Positions 1 through 13,500 of a DNA stretch of 64,000 nt are shown piece after piece. Made by a program: the position numbers and the translations under genes. A model generated the notes under the pieces. The model saw nothing but the letters and a program-made list of their open reading frames with translations, did not search any database and was not told where the DNA came from. The stretch is from Scyliorhinus canicula. Taxonomy: Eukaryota. The DNA lies in NCBI RefSeq assembly GCF_902713615.1, contig NC_052164.1:19394114-19458113 (forward strand), given 5' to 3'. Numbering within the stretch: position 1 is the stretch's first letter; each line of letters starts with the position of its first letter.

Positions 1-344
1 GTCATTGGGGGTATTAACACTTCTTTCACTCCCTCCCAACAATACAGCAATCTACACACTGCCATTTAACAACTGTTCAGGGTCCATTTCAGGTCAATTA
101 CCAAAATAAAAACAGCACGCGAGGCTAACTGCTAAATAGTAAAACTGCAGTACAGAGTTCTAATTATCCTTGACCAATGTTCCAGAAGATCAGCTAAAAA
201 CGACAAGGAAAACAGTCCAAGTGGAGGTGAAAGGTAAAGAGAAAGATAAAGAAGATAAATGGTCATTTCCTGGACTACTCCTGCTTAGTGTTAGGTGCAA
301 GAAATGAGGTTCCAGTATATTTGACAACCTTTCACCCTTCTAAT

Positions 345-513
345 ATAATAGTCATCGTCACAAGTCGGCTTCAATGAAGTCACTGTGAAAAGCCCCTAGT
401 CGCCACATTCCGGCACCTGTTCGGGGGAGGCCGGTACCAAAATTGAACCTGCGCTGCTGGCCTTGTTCTGCATTGCAAGCCAGCTGTTTAGCCCACTGAG
501 CTAAACCAGCCCC
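345..513 (-). mobile_element. tRNA-derived SINE, family B (head GGGGCTGGTTTAGC..., tail ...CCCGAACAGGCGCCGGAATGTGGCGACTAGGGGCTTTTCACAG...CTTGTGAC)
   Basis: Reverse complement matches the copy at 9051-9226. A second, more decayed copy follows at ~520-670. Confidence 0.75.
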
Positions 514-2725
514 ATAAGCTTTTATTGTTACAACTATGAAGACACTGAAAAGCCCCTACACGCCACATTCCGGCACCTGTTCGGGTAAGCTGGTACAGGA
601 ATTGAACCCACACTGCTGGCCTTGTTCTGCATCACAAACCAGCTGTCTAGCCACTGAGCTAAAGCAGCCCATTTTTTCCCCCCCTTGTGGGATTCTGTGG
701 CATTTGGATATATTTCGGTTTAAATATTTGACAGAAAAAGCACATATTCTGATCAGCGACAATAGTAACTTATGTCCTCCAGCCTCTGCAATGCCCACTT
801 ATCACAGAAGGTCTTCAGCCCACTTGTCACAGAAGGTCTTCATGGTACTGTGAACACCACATGCTCTTTTGCCAGAGCCACCTAGGCAGGTATGTGCAGC
901 CACGTGACTGCCTCCACAGGCCACACCCAACTGAACACAAAAAAGGATTTAAAAGCTTATTTTTGCTTAGGTTTTAAAACAGTGGCTTAGTTTGAATACT
1001 TATTAGTTGTTCCCCTAAGAGCGTTTAGTTTAAGTTTTCTCTATTTGATGCCAATGGGGAAACCCACTGACATCATAAAGGAAAAGGAGCACTTATCTGT
1101 AATTAAGAGACACGTAATATGTGCAAATTGTGCTTTGAAAAGATAATCCAAGCAAGTTCATCTGTTCTACTGGGACGTCATTATGGATTGTTACAGATGA
1201 AAACACATCCAATAGCACCCAATGGAAGCAAATTAAAAAAAAAAAAACAGAATTAAGACTAGTGTCAAGTTTGCTACAATTGTAACCCCGATTGCCCAGC
1301 TACAGCATGTTAATAAACCAATAGTCTAGAGTGATCAGATGCAGTTGCCCATTCCGCAATGATTTCTTCCACACGGCTAATCTCAGACAAGACTACACAG
1401 AAGGAAGTTAAGAGAATCTCTCTTACACCACTGAACTCCCATCCCCAAAATGGCAAATTCATATCAATCAATTCAGGAGTATCCTGGAGCAGCAAATGTG
1501 TTACTGAAAAAAGAAAAGCCCTTTTCTTTTTCTCCTTCCCCTCCCCCCAGGCAGCTGCACCCAAAGCACTCTCACAAGAAGTTCATAGATGTTTAGTGAT
1601 GCTGACACTATACCACTTTAAACTTGGAGATTTCTTCCAAATCTAGCATCTGGTCACAGGAACAAATCTGCAATAATGACTGGTGCATTTGGACTGATTT
1701 TTTTGTTTAGGAAAAATTACATTTGTTTTACGTAACTAATGTAACTTTCATTTAATCATAATCTTGCAAAAAGAAAATTCATAGAACCTACTTGAAATTA
1801 GCAGTTTTACTTAATTAGGCACTGCTGAAACAACTAGTGAATTATATTGTTCGCAGGGTTTTATTTTCAGGTCCTCATGCATCTTCCAAGTAGAAAATCT
1901 TGAATAATTTCTTCATCCACTGCACAACTGATTTGAAACGATCATATATCCCCATGGTTTCTCTGCCCCTTTTAAATGGCTTTGCAATGTCTGAACAATC
2001 TCACTGAACCCTTTCTGCTGCCTTTATCATCAGTGATGACCAATATAGCACATTTGGTTTCACTAATGCATCACTTCCATTAGGCCACTGAATCTTCGAC
2101 TTAAAACTTGGTGATCACACAATTGCTCCTAGCTTTACCAATAATCATTTCATTGACAAGTTCACAAAGGTTGAACAATTTTCTGCCTCCGTTTCTCTGG
2201 TAACCCAATAGTATCTGCCATCTTAAGAAATGAAAAAAATCAATACATTTTCCCATGACTCATCCTCACCCACAAGCTTTTTATGGATTAGGCAACATAA
2301 TTTATTGTAGTTTTCCCAAGATGTTTCATCATTTTCAATTTTCTCCTTTACAAACGGTATACTTTTACCATCATAACCATGATCCACCTCAAGATGATAT
2401 ACTTCTCAATTAGCATATATAATGTACTGTGCAAATCATTGATACTCGACTCAGTCCGTGCATCACAAGGACTAGAAATAATACCGGCCATCTGATGGCA
2501 ATTTTCTCTGCATTAATTGTCAAATGCTATTGCCCAAAATCCACTTCAATCAAGAAAATCTTCTCTGCAATCGCTCAAACACTAGATATTTACAATTGGG
2601 ATTTGAAAAAGGGGGATAGGAGTTCCAGAATGTGAAGAATTACCTATGGTAGAGTGTTTATTTCACAAATCTCCTAAACCTTGGAACTTGTTTGATCATC
2701 TTCAAGAGTCAAGAAGGGGTACTTA

Positions 2726-2950
2726 GGGCAGCACGGTGGTGCAGCGGTTAGTGCTGCTGCCTCACGGTGGCGAGGTGCCTCGTTCGATCCTGGCTCTGGG
2801 TCACTGTCCATGTGGAGTTTGCACATTCTCAGTCTTTGCGTGGGTTTCACCCCCACAACCCAAAGATGTGCAGGGTAGGTGAATTGGCCATGCTAAATTG
2901 CCCCTTTATTGGAAAAAATGAATTGGGTACTAAATTTATATTTAAAAAAA
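2726..2950 (+). mobile_element. Short V-SINE (HE1-related) with A/T-rich tail
   Basis: tRNA-like A/B-box head GGGCAGCACGGTGG...GTTCGATCC, V-domain TGTGGAGTTTGCACATTCTC, tail AATTGGGTAC-TAAATTT-A(n). Confidence 0.85.
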
Positions 2951-4864
2951 GGGGGCACTTCTCAGTTTCTTGCCATCATGGTTTTCTTACCCATCTCAGG
3001 CAATTAAGTGTATATGTGAAGCAATTGGGGTAGGGCAGATGGGCATCAAGTCATACACTGAATGCAACAATGGACACTGATGGACCAGATACTCTCCATT
3101 CCTCATTTTTGATCAGTTGAGGTAAACTGTCCAAAAAGGCCAGATGTTTTCCATATAAATTATTTTATCTGCAATAGTTCCCTCAAGGATGGCACTACAA
3201 TTGCCCATGAAGCATGCAATTCCCCTTCTTGAACAAGATTTGGATTCCTCTTTCACAGATGCAGATGTAATAGGGGTCGATTTGAGACACAATCTCAGCT
3301 CACCATTTGCTTAGCCATAAAATTGCTCTTAGCATCTAGGTTGAGTCCTGGTGGGAAAGGGAGAGAAACTTTAGCCAGGTTACTGTTACTCATTTACTCT
3401 TGCTTCAAGCATGGCCAACTATCCTTCCCCAGTTCAACTATTGCCAACACCTCAACAGTCAGCAACTCTGCTGCCTGTATTCCATCCCAAAACCATGTCT
3501 CCATCTCAACCACTCATCTGTGCTAACCTCCCAATTTAGAATTCTAATCCTTGATAACATCGCCCATCTACTCCTCTAGTCTCACAATCCTCAGAACTCA
3601 GCCAGACAACCACCCTACCCCCATCACTGGTGACCCCGCTTCATGGTTTAGCCCCCCAGAGATTTTGGAATTCCTCCTCCAACCATAACCCACCACTCTG
3701 GCTGAAGTCTTGGGTCTCTCCTCTTAGTTGCTCATTAAGTCATTTGGTGTGATCAGGTCCCTGAAGCATCTCAAAACATTAAGGCACTGTACAAATAGCT
3801 GCCACGAGCCTTATGAATGAAGCTACCCCTGGGGTACTGAGTACTATGAAGGAACCAGCACAATAAAGTCAAAGGGACGGGGCACCCTTTAAAAAAAAAT
3901 TATTGTTATTCTTATAGGAAACAATGGAAAGTGCCCAATGTCTTAACTGCATTGCTGCAGGGAGTGCCCAGACAACAGGGTAGATGCTAGTCACTTAGCA
4001 CCTCCCACTGCAGGGGGGGGGGGGGGGGGGGAAGAGAAAGACACTGACCAACTCTTAATCCCCAATTATTCAATCCCTGCAACCAGAGAATTAAACACTA
4101 CATTTAAAATTAAGAGCATCTTAACGTTTGGTGTTAACAGAAGAAGCCATGGTAAATTAATATTCAGTTAATATGGCAATAACACCGTGACAAATAGTCA
4201 CAGGAACCAAAAAAAGCAAACCAATAGTGAATGCTACTAAAGCCTTTTACTTCAGTATAAAGAATATTTTCTCCTCAAAATTATATCCCCCCTCCAAAAA
4301 AAAAGTCAAATTGCACATAGCGAACCCAAAGAGCGGCTTCTTCCCATTTTTATTCAACAAAAGGGAAATGATGGGAGTGGCATCATTTTCCAAATCCCCT
4401 TTAGACATATGGCGATCCATGTTACAAGTGTTCAAACGTCCATGTATATATAAAATAAAGAACTCTGGGAGTTCTTCAGTGGTGTAGTGTGTAACAGGGT
4501 GTGGAGACAACATGCCCGTTATTCTGCTGGCAATTTTTCCCTGAAGACAATCCAGAGGAATCTGGTGAGGGAAGCCCAGAGCCACAATCACACGGAGCAC
4601 AGCAGCGGGAGCTTCCACAACCGGGGCAGTGAGGGGAGCCTTTACCCGCTCAACCCCACAATAAAACGGGACAAAACACCCCAGACCCGCTCTTCGATTG
4701 GGTTCAGAGACCTTGATCATTACTCATGCCCAGCCCCAACACTGTTGTCTTCGGGAAGATTTGGGCGGTGGCTTTGATATCCCAGCCATGCAGACATTTT
4801 TTTTTGAGGGGGTGGGGGTGGGTAAAAGGAGAATCAACAGTTTGCAGGGAGCACAGCGCCTTAC

Positions 4865-5188
4865 CTTTCTGTCGGTCACATCGTCCCCAATCACTTCCAC
4901 GACCCCCGAGCACTCCATGCCCGGAATCAATGGGGGAGAAGACGGCAGTCTATCGTACAGACCCTGCCTGGCCATCAAATCGGCAAAATTCAAGCCGCAA
5001 GCCTTGACTCGGATGAGGATTTCACCTGATTTGGGAGTGGGGAGATCTTTCTTGACCTCCACCTTCAGTTTATCATAGCCCCCGAAGCCAGTCAGCACAA
5101 TGGCTTTGTAAGAGATCGCCGGCTCCGGCTCCTTGGCTTCTGGCTGAGGCTCCTGTTGTTGAGGCTCTTTGACTTCTTCCACAGACAT
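4865..5188 (-). CDS. VAT1: Synaptic vesicle membrane protein VAT-1 homolog (MDR/quinone-oxidoreductase fold), coding exon 1; later exons not found in window
   Basis: ATG at 5188 gives MSVEEV...AIVLTGFGGYDKLKV...IRVKACGLNFADLMARQGLYDRLP..PLIPGMECSGVV...DRK. It ends at a phase-0 donor AAG|GTAAGG at 4865/4864, 108 codons. The head-to-head neighbour RND2 matches the known VAT1-RND2 synteny. Confidence 0.93.
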
Positions 5189-6287
5189 TTTTGGATTTGA
5201 TTTCCCCCCCTCTCCTATAAAGGAGCGCAAAGTAAACAAGCACAAGGGACACGTTAATGCCGCTACCACAAGCTGATCTACAAAGAGAAATGCCCGGCCG
5301 AATTCGTCAGTTTCTTAAGCGGTTTCAAGGGGATTAGCACCGAAATCTTAGCGACTCCTCGTGAACCTTTCAGCAGCCAGTGAGCAAACTGCAAACATGG
5401 AGCTGGTACTTCAAGCTGCGGCTCCAACGTCACCGAATCACCAGCCAGTGGATTGATTGTATTTTTAAAAGCGTGTCACCCTCCCAGTTTTTTCTCCACT
5501 TACAAACATTACTAAAGTGCTGATTATCTGTCGATTAGCATGTTTAAATACGAACGACAAGCGGCTTGAAGCCTTTATTCCCTCCCCTGCCGTTGCTTTA
5601 GAAACACATTCAATGTCAAAATTCACTGCTGGGTGATTTTTATTTGATTAAGTGCCATGTTATTGTGCTAGTCTTTTCCCCTTCAGCCAATGGAAGGTTC
5701 TGGGGGAATTGTTTTTCATTGACATCCCAACACTATAGTCTCCCTTTTAACAGCAGGGGGGAAAAAAACACCACACACTCTTGAGAGCAATTTCCCAAGA
5801 TTTGCTCCCCCGCCCCCAAGTGGGGCAATTCACGGTTTAGAAGCAGAATTCGATTGGGGTGGTTGGGTCACTGATGTGCAGGTCTTCAGATAGTGGCCCA
5901 GTGGAGTTATAGCAAAACTGAGAATGTTCCCACTACCAATCTCCCCCCGTATAGGTTTTTAAAACATTTTTATGTACACCAGCGTTGCTTAAAACAAAAG
6001 GCATGGTGTGACCCATTGTACTGCTTCCTGTAGACAGTTGAGAGGATGTTTAGTTAGAATGTGCTTGTGCAATTTCTGTTTGTCATTCCCAGCCTTTGCT
6101 TTACCAGTGCATTACAGGCTTCCTGTGAGAATACTAAGTTCAAAATATCTCCTGGTGTGAATGCTAAAAGATAAAATTTGTGGTGTCATTATGGCGCAAC
6201 TATAAGACCGGTTTTGCGGATAACCAGGAATTATTGCAACATTAAGGGGTACATATTACTAACTAAGATAGATGACTTTCTTCCCCC

Positions 6288-6595
6288 CATAGAATTTACA
6301 ATACAGAAGGAGTCCATTCGGCCCATCGAGTCTGCACTGGACCTTGGAAAGAGCACCCTACTTAATCCCACACCTCCACCCTATCCCCGTAACCCCACCT
6401 AACCTTTTGGACACTAAGGGCCAATTGTGGCCAATCCACCTAACGTGCAAGTCTTTGGACTGTGGGAGGAAACCAGAGCAAACCCACGCAGACACGAGGA
6501 GAACGTGCAAACTCCACACAGTCACCTGAGGCCGGAATTGAACCCGGGACCCTGGAGCTGTGAGGCAGCAGAGCTAACCACTGTGCCACCGTGCT
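6288..6595 (-). mobile_element. HE1-type long V-SINE with CR1-derived 3' tail
   Basis: tRNA head, V-domain and tail GCAGACTCGATGGGCCGAATGG...ATTCTATG on the minus strand. Confidence 0.85.
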
Positions 6596-7174
6596 GATTA
6601 CCCATTATTCCCTTTTGAGGATATTGTGGATAGTTTTTGATCTGACTTCGGGGCATAAATCTAGTATTACGGATTGGCTGCTAGTTCAAGAAACTGCCTC
6701 ATTTTTATTTTATTATTTCCAACATGTGTTAAAGTGACTTTTTTTTTCTAATAGGTAGCTGAGCTGCTTTCCCAGTTTTATGCCCAGGGAGGTAAGCTGA
6801 AAATCTATCCCAATAACTCTGCTGGGGATACAGTCCCAGGAGTGCTTGTCGCTCCAGGTACTGTGTGCCTAGGGAATGTTTTGGCAGGGCACTTAATAAA
6901 GGAGGTTGTCACTGCAGAACTCATTCCAGACTGCACCTGATGTCTTATGCACCAGTCCAGCAGGGGTTGCCAGATATCAATGAAGAGCAAGTGTTTCCGC
7001 CAGTTTAAACTTCCCTGGCCCTAGGACTCAACCCCTCTTTTCATATTAAGATTTGATATTGATAAGTTTCCGTTGTTCATTTTTATTTTTGGGCAGTGCC
7101 CCTACGTGGAGTGGCTCCTTTTAATTTGTCCCGGAGTTCATTTCTATTAAATTGGTTGGACTCTAAGCTAATTC

Positions 7175-7507
7175 CATAGAATCCCTACTACATAGAAGGA
7201 GGCCATTTGGCCCATCAAGTCTGCACCAACACTCGGAAACACCCTCTCTAGGTCCACTCCCCCACCATTTTTCCCATAACCCCACCTAACCTGCACATCT
7301 TTGGACACTAAGGGCAATTTAGCACAGCCAATCTACCCACCTAACCTGCACAATTTTCGACTGTGGGAGGAAACTGGAGCACCCGGAGGAAACCCACGCA
7401 GACATTGGGAGAGAGTGCAAACTCCACACAGACAGTCACCCAAGGCCCAAAGTGAACTGGAGTCCCTGGCACTGTGAGGCAGCAGTGCTAACCATTGTGT
7501 CACTGTG
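7175..7507 (-). mobile_element. HE1-type long V-SINE
   Basis: Same architecture as 6288-6595. Confidence 0.8.
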
Positions 7508-7864
7508 TTTCCCCACTTGTTAAGGACAACTCTCACAGCCAAACTGGTGTCCTAAGTCAATTACAACCTTGGGATGTGTGCTTTTGAACTCGCTATATGG
7601 CTCACCACCACTTAGAATGCAGCATTCACAGACCTAGCATAAACTGCTGCATAATGGGCTGAATTGGGATCTAAATCTGCTGGATCGCTGCCCTGTGTTT
7701 TGCTGCGGAAATATTTCACCAGAAGCTGGGGACAGAGGCAATATGTGCCCAGTACCATTCCCCAAGTATTCCCCCACCCCCAATTTCTGAGATCAGAATT
7801 TGCCAGGACTGGATGAAGGAGGCCACCTGTCAGAAGTCCCGCTGCTCTACCTTTTACTGAACCT

Positions 7865-8060
7865 TGGCTCACCGCTGAGTCAGAAGACTTTGGGTTCAAT
7901 CCCAGGTCTAGAGAGTTAAGAACTAATTACAAGTTAACACCTCAGTACAGTACTGAGAGAGTGTTAGATGTGCTGCCTGTTGGATGAGATATGTTAAGCC
8001 AAGGCACTGTCTGCCCAGTTGAAAGGATATAAAAGGTCCAGTGGCACAGCATTTGATGAA
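7865..8060 (+). mobile_element. Old DeuSINE (SacSINE1/AmnSINE-like) remnant
   Basis: CTGAGTCAGAAG..GGGTTCAATCCC head and CAGTACAGTACTGAG..GGATGAGA..GTTAA..CAAGG..CTGTCTGCC Deu-domain-like core. Similar remnants at ~17900-18170 (+), ~28900-29450 (+, interrupted) and ~44830-45170 (-). Confidence 0.5.
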
Positions 8061-8067
8061 TACTTCA

Positions 8068-11000
8068 CTCACCAGACCTGGCCAAAAATAAAATATTTTT
8101 CTGCATGGAGGACGGTGGTGCCATGGGAAATTAAAGAAAAGCCTTCCGCAGAAACGCGTATATGGAAATATCTAAACAAATTTGTTCCAGGGAACTGAAT
8201 TTTTTTCTGACAACTCCTCAAAGCTGGCAAACTTCCTTCCACAAACAAGTCCCCAAACCTCTCCAGGCCCTTCCCCTCCCATGACCTGAAGGTCGCATCT
8301 AAGCCTGCCAGCGCAAAGAGATGATTACTACAAATAGGAGCCACCACTACGATTCAAAGAAAGTCTCGCCGGAGAGAACGGAACTGAGGCAGTTACTAAA
8401 GTACCGAAACTCGAACCCTCATAAGAACTCGCCTCCATTTGTCCCCCAACAGATCTGTGATCACTAAGTCACCCCAGCACTTTCTCAATATTGGTAGCCC
8501 AGTAATAAAATTAGGCAGCGCTAAACCACCCAACTGTCTATCTCTCTGGAGAAAAGCCCTATGAATCTTTGGGGTTTTATCCACCCAAATAAAAGAGAAC
8601 ACAAATTTCCCGTACCGGCCTCCCCGAACAGGCGCCGGAATGTGGCGACTAGGGGCTTTTCACAGCAACTTCATTGAAGCCTACTTGTGACAATAAGCAA
8701 TTTTCACTTTCACTTCACTGTTAACTCAGACCAAAAAGGGTTTAGGGAGAAAAATGGGGAGATACTGAAAAAAATAAAAACCTTGAGAGGACATTTATTT
8801 TAATAGTCTGAACGCCAAGAACAGGGGGAGGTTATCCCACCTCCGCAAGTCAGACTTGACCCTGTTCACAAGACCAGCATAATTTAATTTATGGAGCGAG
8901 ACCCAATCGTGGGCCACCTGGATTCCAAAAAACAAAAGACAGCATCCGCAGATAGGCTCTTTTCCCTGGGGGTTAACCAGAAAGTATTTGCTCGTGTCGA
9001 AATTCAATTTCCACCCAGAAAAGGAGCAAACCTCCCAAGTAGCCTCATTAGGGGCTGGTTTAGCACAGTGGGCTAAGACAGCTGGCTTGTAATGGAGAAC
9101 AAGAACGGCAGCGCTGGTACAATTGCCGTTCCAGCCTCCCCGAACAGGCGCCGGAATGTGGCGACTAGGGGCTTTTCACAGTAAGTTAATTGAAGCCTGC
9201 TTGTGACAATAAGCGATTATTATTATCTCATCCATAGTGGGAACTGGTCCTTAATATAAAGAAGCAGATCATCTGTGTGCAAGAACACCCTATGCTCCCT
9301 CTCTCCCCTATTTATCCCCTTCTAATAACTAGAAGATATTAATGATATTAATTGAAACTAGAAGCGTTTCAATTGGTAAAGCAAATAGAAGCAGACACAA
9401 AGGACATCCCTGCCTCGTACCCCTATTTTACAGAAAATAACCCGAGCTTAAGGCAAACACTAACAGTCGGTGCCCTGGATGTGAACCGTTGCCCAAAATC
9501 ATACCTCTCAAAGAGATATCCCCACTCCATCCTATTGAACACTTTTTTGGTGTCCGGAGATACTATCATCTCTGGTTCGGGCGAGGAGATGGGAAAGAGG
9601 GCAACCAACTGCAGCACCAGCACTTTTGTGAGCAATTTGGTATTTGCATTCAAAAATGAAATGGGTCCAAACAAACCACATTCCATAGGGTCCTTGTCCT
9701 TCTTCAGGATCAGGGAAATGGAGACCTGCACAAGTGTAACAGGCAACAAACCCCAGGACAAGGAGTCAATGGTCATACCCCATATCAACAGGATCAACTG
9801 ACCAACAAACATCTTGCAAAACTCAATGGGGAATCCATCAGGGCTGGGAGCTTTTCCAGTCTGCATTAGGCCAATGCATTTCATAATTTCCTCAGGGCCC
9901 AACTGGGATTCCAACTCCTCCTGCCTTTTCCTCCCCACAAACGGGAAGTATAACCATTTATAAACTCTGCCAAGGCTGAACTTTTCTCGGGGAACTCTGA
10001 CCTCAAAAGATCCCGATAGAATGCCTCAAAGGCCGCGTTGACTTTAGGTGGGGCAAAAACCAAACCGCGTATCTGCACAATCCCCTGGTAAGCAGACTGT
10101 TGCTTCAGCTGATGAACTAAAAGGCGACTGGCCTTCTCTCCATATTCATACAATGCCCCCTTCGACCATTGCTGCTGGCTTACCATTCACCTGTGGATAG
10201 TAATTCGAATTGCATCTGCAACGTTTCCTATGCACAAGCAACTCCAGGGTGGGGTAAGTGACTATTGATGGTCCACCTTGAGGATGGAGTCCACAAGACT
10301 CTGGCGCTCCACCCTCATAGTCCTTTCCATGCATGCTTTGTAGGAAATGATCTCCCCCTGATGACCACCTTAAGGGCTTCCCACAACATAGGAGGTGAGA
10401 TAGACTCACTGTATTAAATTTAATATATTCTCCAATGGCAGTGGAAATGTATTTGCAAATATTTTATCTGCCAACAACGGCGTATCCAATCTCCATGGCA
10501 GATGTTGCGAAGGACCTGACTCTAGGATCAAATCCACAAAATGTGGAGTATGGTCCGAAACGACAGTCGCCAAGTACCCTGCTGTGTTCACCCAGGGGAG
10601 GGGAGATCTCCCCACCACAGAAAAGTCAAAATGTTAGTAAACTGATGGATATGGGAAAAAAAAGAAAAATCTTTGTCCCTCAGATGCAAAAAATGCCTCG
10701 GATTTGCCCCCTCCCCCCACCCAATCTGCTCTATAAGAGCCAGCAATGCCTTCGCCACACCTGATGGAACCAGCAATTGGGGCCTAGATCGATCTATCCT
10801 CAGTTTGAGTCACCCCCCAAAATTAGCTGATGCAAGCCCAATTAGGGATGGAGACAAGCAACCTGTTCAACTTGGTGTATAAACATTGACCAGGACCACC
10901 GAAGTGCCCACCAGGTATCCATTAACAGTTACATGCCTACCATTAGGATCGGCAAGATCTTAGTGGCTGAAAATTGAACCCTTCAATTGATCAAAATCCC

Positions 11001-12325
11001 CTCACCCCCGGGGCCAACCGACAAATCCCGAGGAAAATATTTGACTCACCCACCCCTTCCGCAACCTAGTCTGATGCCTTACCCGCAAGTAAGTCTCCTG
11101 CAGAAACACCAGATCAGCACTCAAACATTTCAGGTGGGCAAATACCCATGGCATTTTCACTGGGCCATTCACCCCCTTTATATTCCAGGTGTTCAACTGA
11201 ATTGGGGGCTTCCCACTGCTCCCCCTTCAATCAGAGTCAACCATTTCTACCAAGGGTCATCCAACCACTTCTTAGAGAGTACAGGCACCAGACCCATGCA
11301 AGATGGCCACCAAGCCCTACCAAGAAGACAAAACAAAGAAAAATCTGTAGTCACCGTCAATAAAATACTGACAAAAAACCCCACAAAAGTAGAACATAAA
11401 CCCTTACACAACTTACTCCAACGGGAGCCATACATTTCCCATAACAATGATAACACAAATTGAGCCTCCCATCCAAATCTAACCTTCGAGTTGGGCAATC
11501 TACAGGGCAACCTTAGCCTTAGACATCATCCTGATGGCATGGCCCAATTATAGTCACAATGTATGTTCCTTAGCCCATCTCAGGACCCATTCCTTTTCCT
11601 GAAAGCTATGGAACTTTAAAATAAGAGCTCATGGCGGATTGTTGGGACGGGGTTTCTGCCAGAGTGTCCCATGCGCTCAATCCAGCCCGGGAGGGGACAT
11701 GAATCCACCCTCTCCCACCATCTTTCCAAACATCTTTGAAAAGTATTTTGTGGGAGTTGGGCCCTCCATTCCCTCTGGCAACCCCATAATTCTGTTACTC
11801 TGCCTCCTGGAACGATTCTCCAGATCGTCCACTCTAGCCTTCAGTGCTTTATTCACACCAGCCATCTGCAACATCACAGCTTCCAGGGAGACAGCCTGGT
11901 CGCTAAGCCTTGACAGAGCTGCCTCCACTCCCTTTATGGCAGTGCCATGCACTTTTACCAACTCATTGGTCTTCTCCAAGGCCGACTGAATGGGAGCTAG
12001 AGCCTCATCTATCGACTGCCTTTCCGTCTCGAATTCCACCGCCACGGTGCCGGTAAGCAATTCGGCTGTTAGATGGAGGAGCAGCAGCAGCCTCCACCAT
12101 TTTCTCCACCAAACAGCCCCAAGAAGCCTCTGATTCCATCGACAAATTTATTTCTTCAACTTTCTTTGCCCTGGTCCTTCTGGGCATTTCCCTTATGTGG
12201 GCACCTTATACCATTGATCAGCTGGAAGTTTAAACAAAAGTACCCCCAGAAACTGGGCGGAAAGAACTAAAAATGCAGTACTCTGGCAGAAGCCACCTTG
12301 TGTGTGTCTTCTTTTTACATCCCAC
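8068..12325 (-). mobile_element. Degenerate L1-clade LINE (ORF1 plus ORF2 endonuclease/RT), 3'-truncated, interrupted by SINEs
   Basis: ORF1 fragment 11677-12060 (coiled coil, DLENRSRR..RIMGLPEG). APE endonuclease start NTWNIKG..VFLQET at 11002-11196. RT motifs GKAPSPDGFPIEF at 9423-9938 and degenerate YADD (LHTDDLLLY) at ~9260-9290. GGLALPNF at ~8520. Many frameshifts. Confidence 0.9.
9051..9226 (+). mobile_element. Family B tRNA-derived SINE inserted in the L1
   Basis: Full head-to-(ATT)n-tail copy. A tail-only copy lies at ~8606-8718. Confidence 0.8.
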
Positions 12326-12560
12326 CATGGGAAGTTGCACCCAGTTAGTAATGTCCCAATCCCGTGAAAGAATTTGAAAAAAATCATCTGCCACACTTTT
12401 ACCGATTTCGCCATCCTACCTCTGTCAGTCTGAAGCCAAATAAATGGTTACAATTTTCTTCAAGTATGATGCCAAAAGGCATTGATGTGCATCTATGGCT
12501 GCATTCTCTGCCAGGGACCTTTCAAATCAACTATCGGTATGGGAAATGTACACGACATTG

Positions 12561-13500
12561 ATTTTTTAAAAAGATTTATTCTTCTCCTTTTTCACATTTT
12601 CATCAAATATACGGCCACCAACAAATAATCAACCGTAACAAATACAATGGCAATCCCCAGGCCAACAATACCTTTACCCCCCCCACCCCCAAACAGCCCC
12701 CAGCATTTTAAATACAGAACACGAAAGAAAAAGAATCAATAATCCACAATCATCCCATACATAATCACCAATAAACCCCCGAATTCCAACCCCCCCAAAT
12801 ATTTGATGGCATCCAATCCTTGAAAATGCATGACAAACAAAGCCTATGAGTTGTAGAACCCTTCCATCCTTCCCTTCAACTTGGACTTCACTTTCTCGAG
12901 TGTTAAGAACTCCAGCAGGTCCCCCCACCACGCCAAGGCACAGGGTGGAGAAGCCAACCTCCACCCCAACAGGACCTGCCTTCGGGCGATTAGCGAGGCG
13001 AAGGCTAAGACATCTTCCTCTGCACACACCTCCAACCCCAGCTGGTCCGACACCCTGAATATGGCTTCTAGGGGACCTGGTTCGAGCCTCACACGCACCA
13101 CCTTCGAGATTACCCTGAAGACCTCCCTCCAATACCCCTCCAGTTTTGGACACAACCAAAATATATGAATGTGATTTGCGTGGCTCCTCCCACAGCGTTC
13201 ACACACATCCTGCACCCCCACCCCCTCCCCGCAAAGAGTCGGCTCATCCTCGTCCTCGTGAGGCGCGCTCTATCTACCACCTTCAACTGTATCAGCCCCA
13301 ACCTCGTGCACAAAGTTGAGGAAATCACCCTCCGGAGCACCTCACACCACAACCCCTCCTCCAAGCCCACCCCCAACTCTTCCTCTCACCTCGCCTTAAT
13401 CTCCCCCAGTGATACCTTGACCTCCCCCAGAATCACCCTATAAATCGGCAACACTACCCCCTTCTCCATTCCCCTTGTTGTCAGTACCTCTTTCAGCAAT
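12561..13500 (-). mobile_element. 5'-truncated L1-clade LINE 3' end
   Basis: ORF2 C-terminal Cys/His motif CERC..ANHIHIFWLCPKL..W and LEKVK..LKG....F (12844-13221), G-rich 3' UTR, AATAAA and A-rich end near 12561-12580. Confidence 0.85.

Noticed and set aside
1930-3450. Coding-looking minus-strand sequence in VAT1 intron 1; also searched for VAT1 exon 2
   Set aside because: Frequent stops and no motif I could recognise; no GDRVMV-like exon 2 found.
4724-5269. 181-aa ORF as a complete protein
   Set aside because: The TTG start and the part after DRK are UTR and intron read-through; the real exon is 4865-5188.
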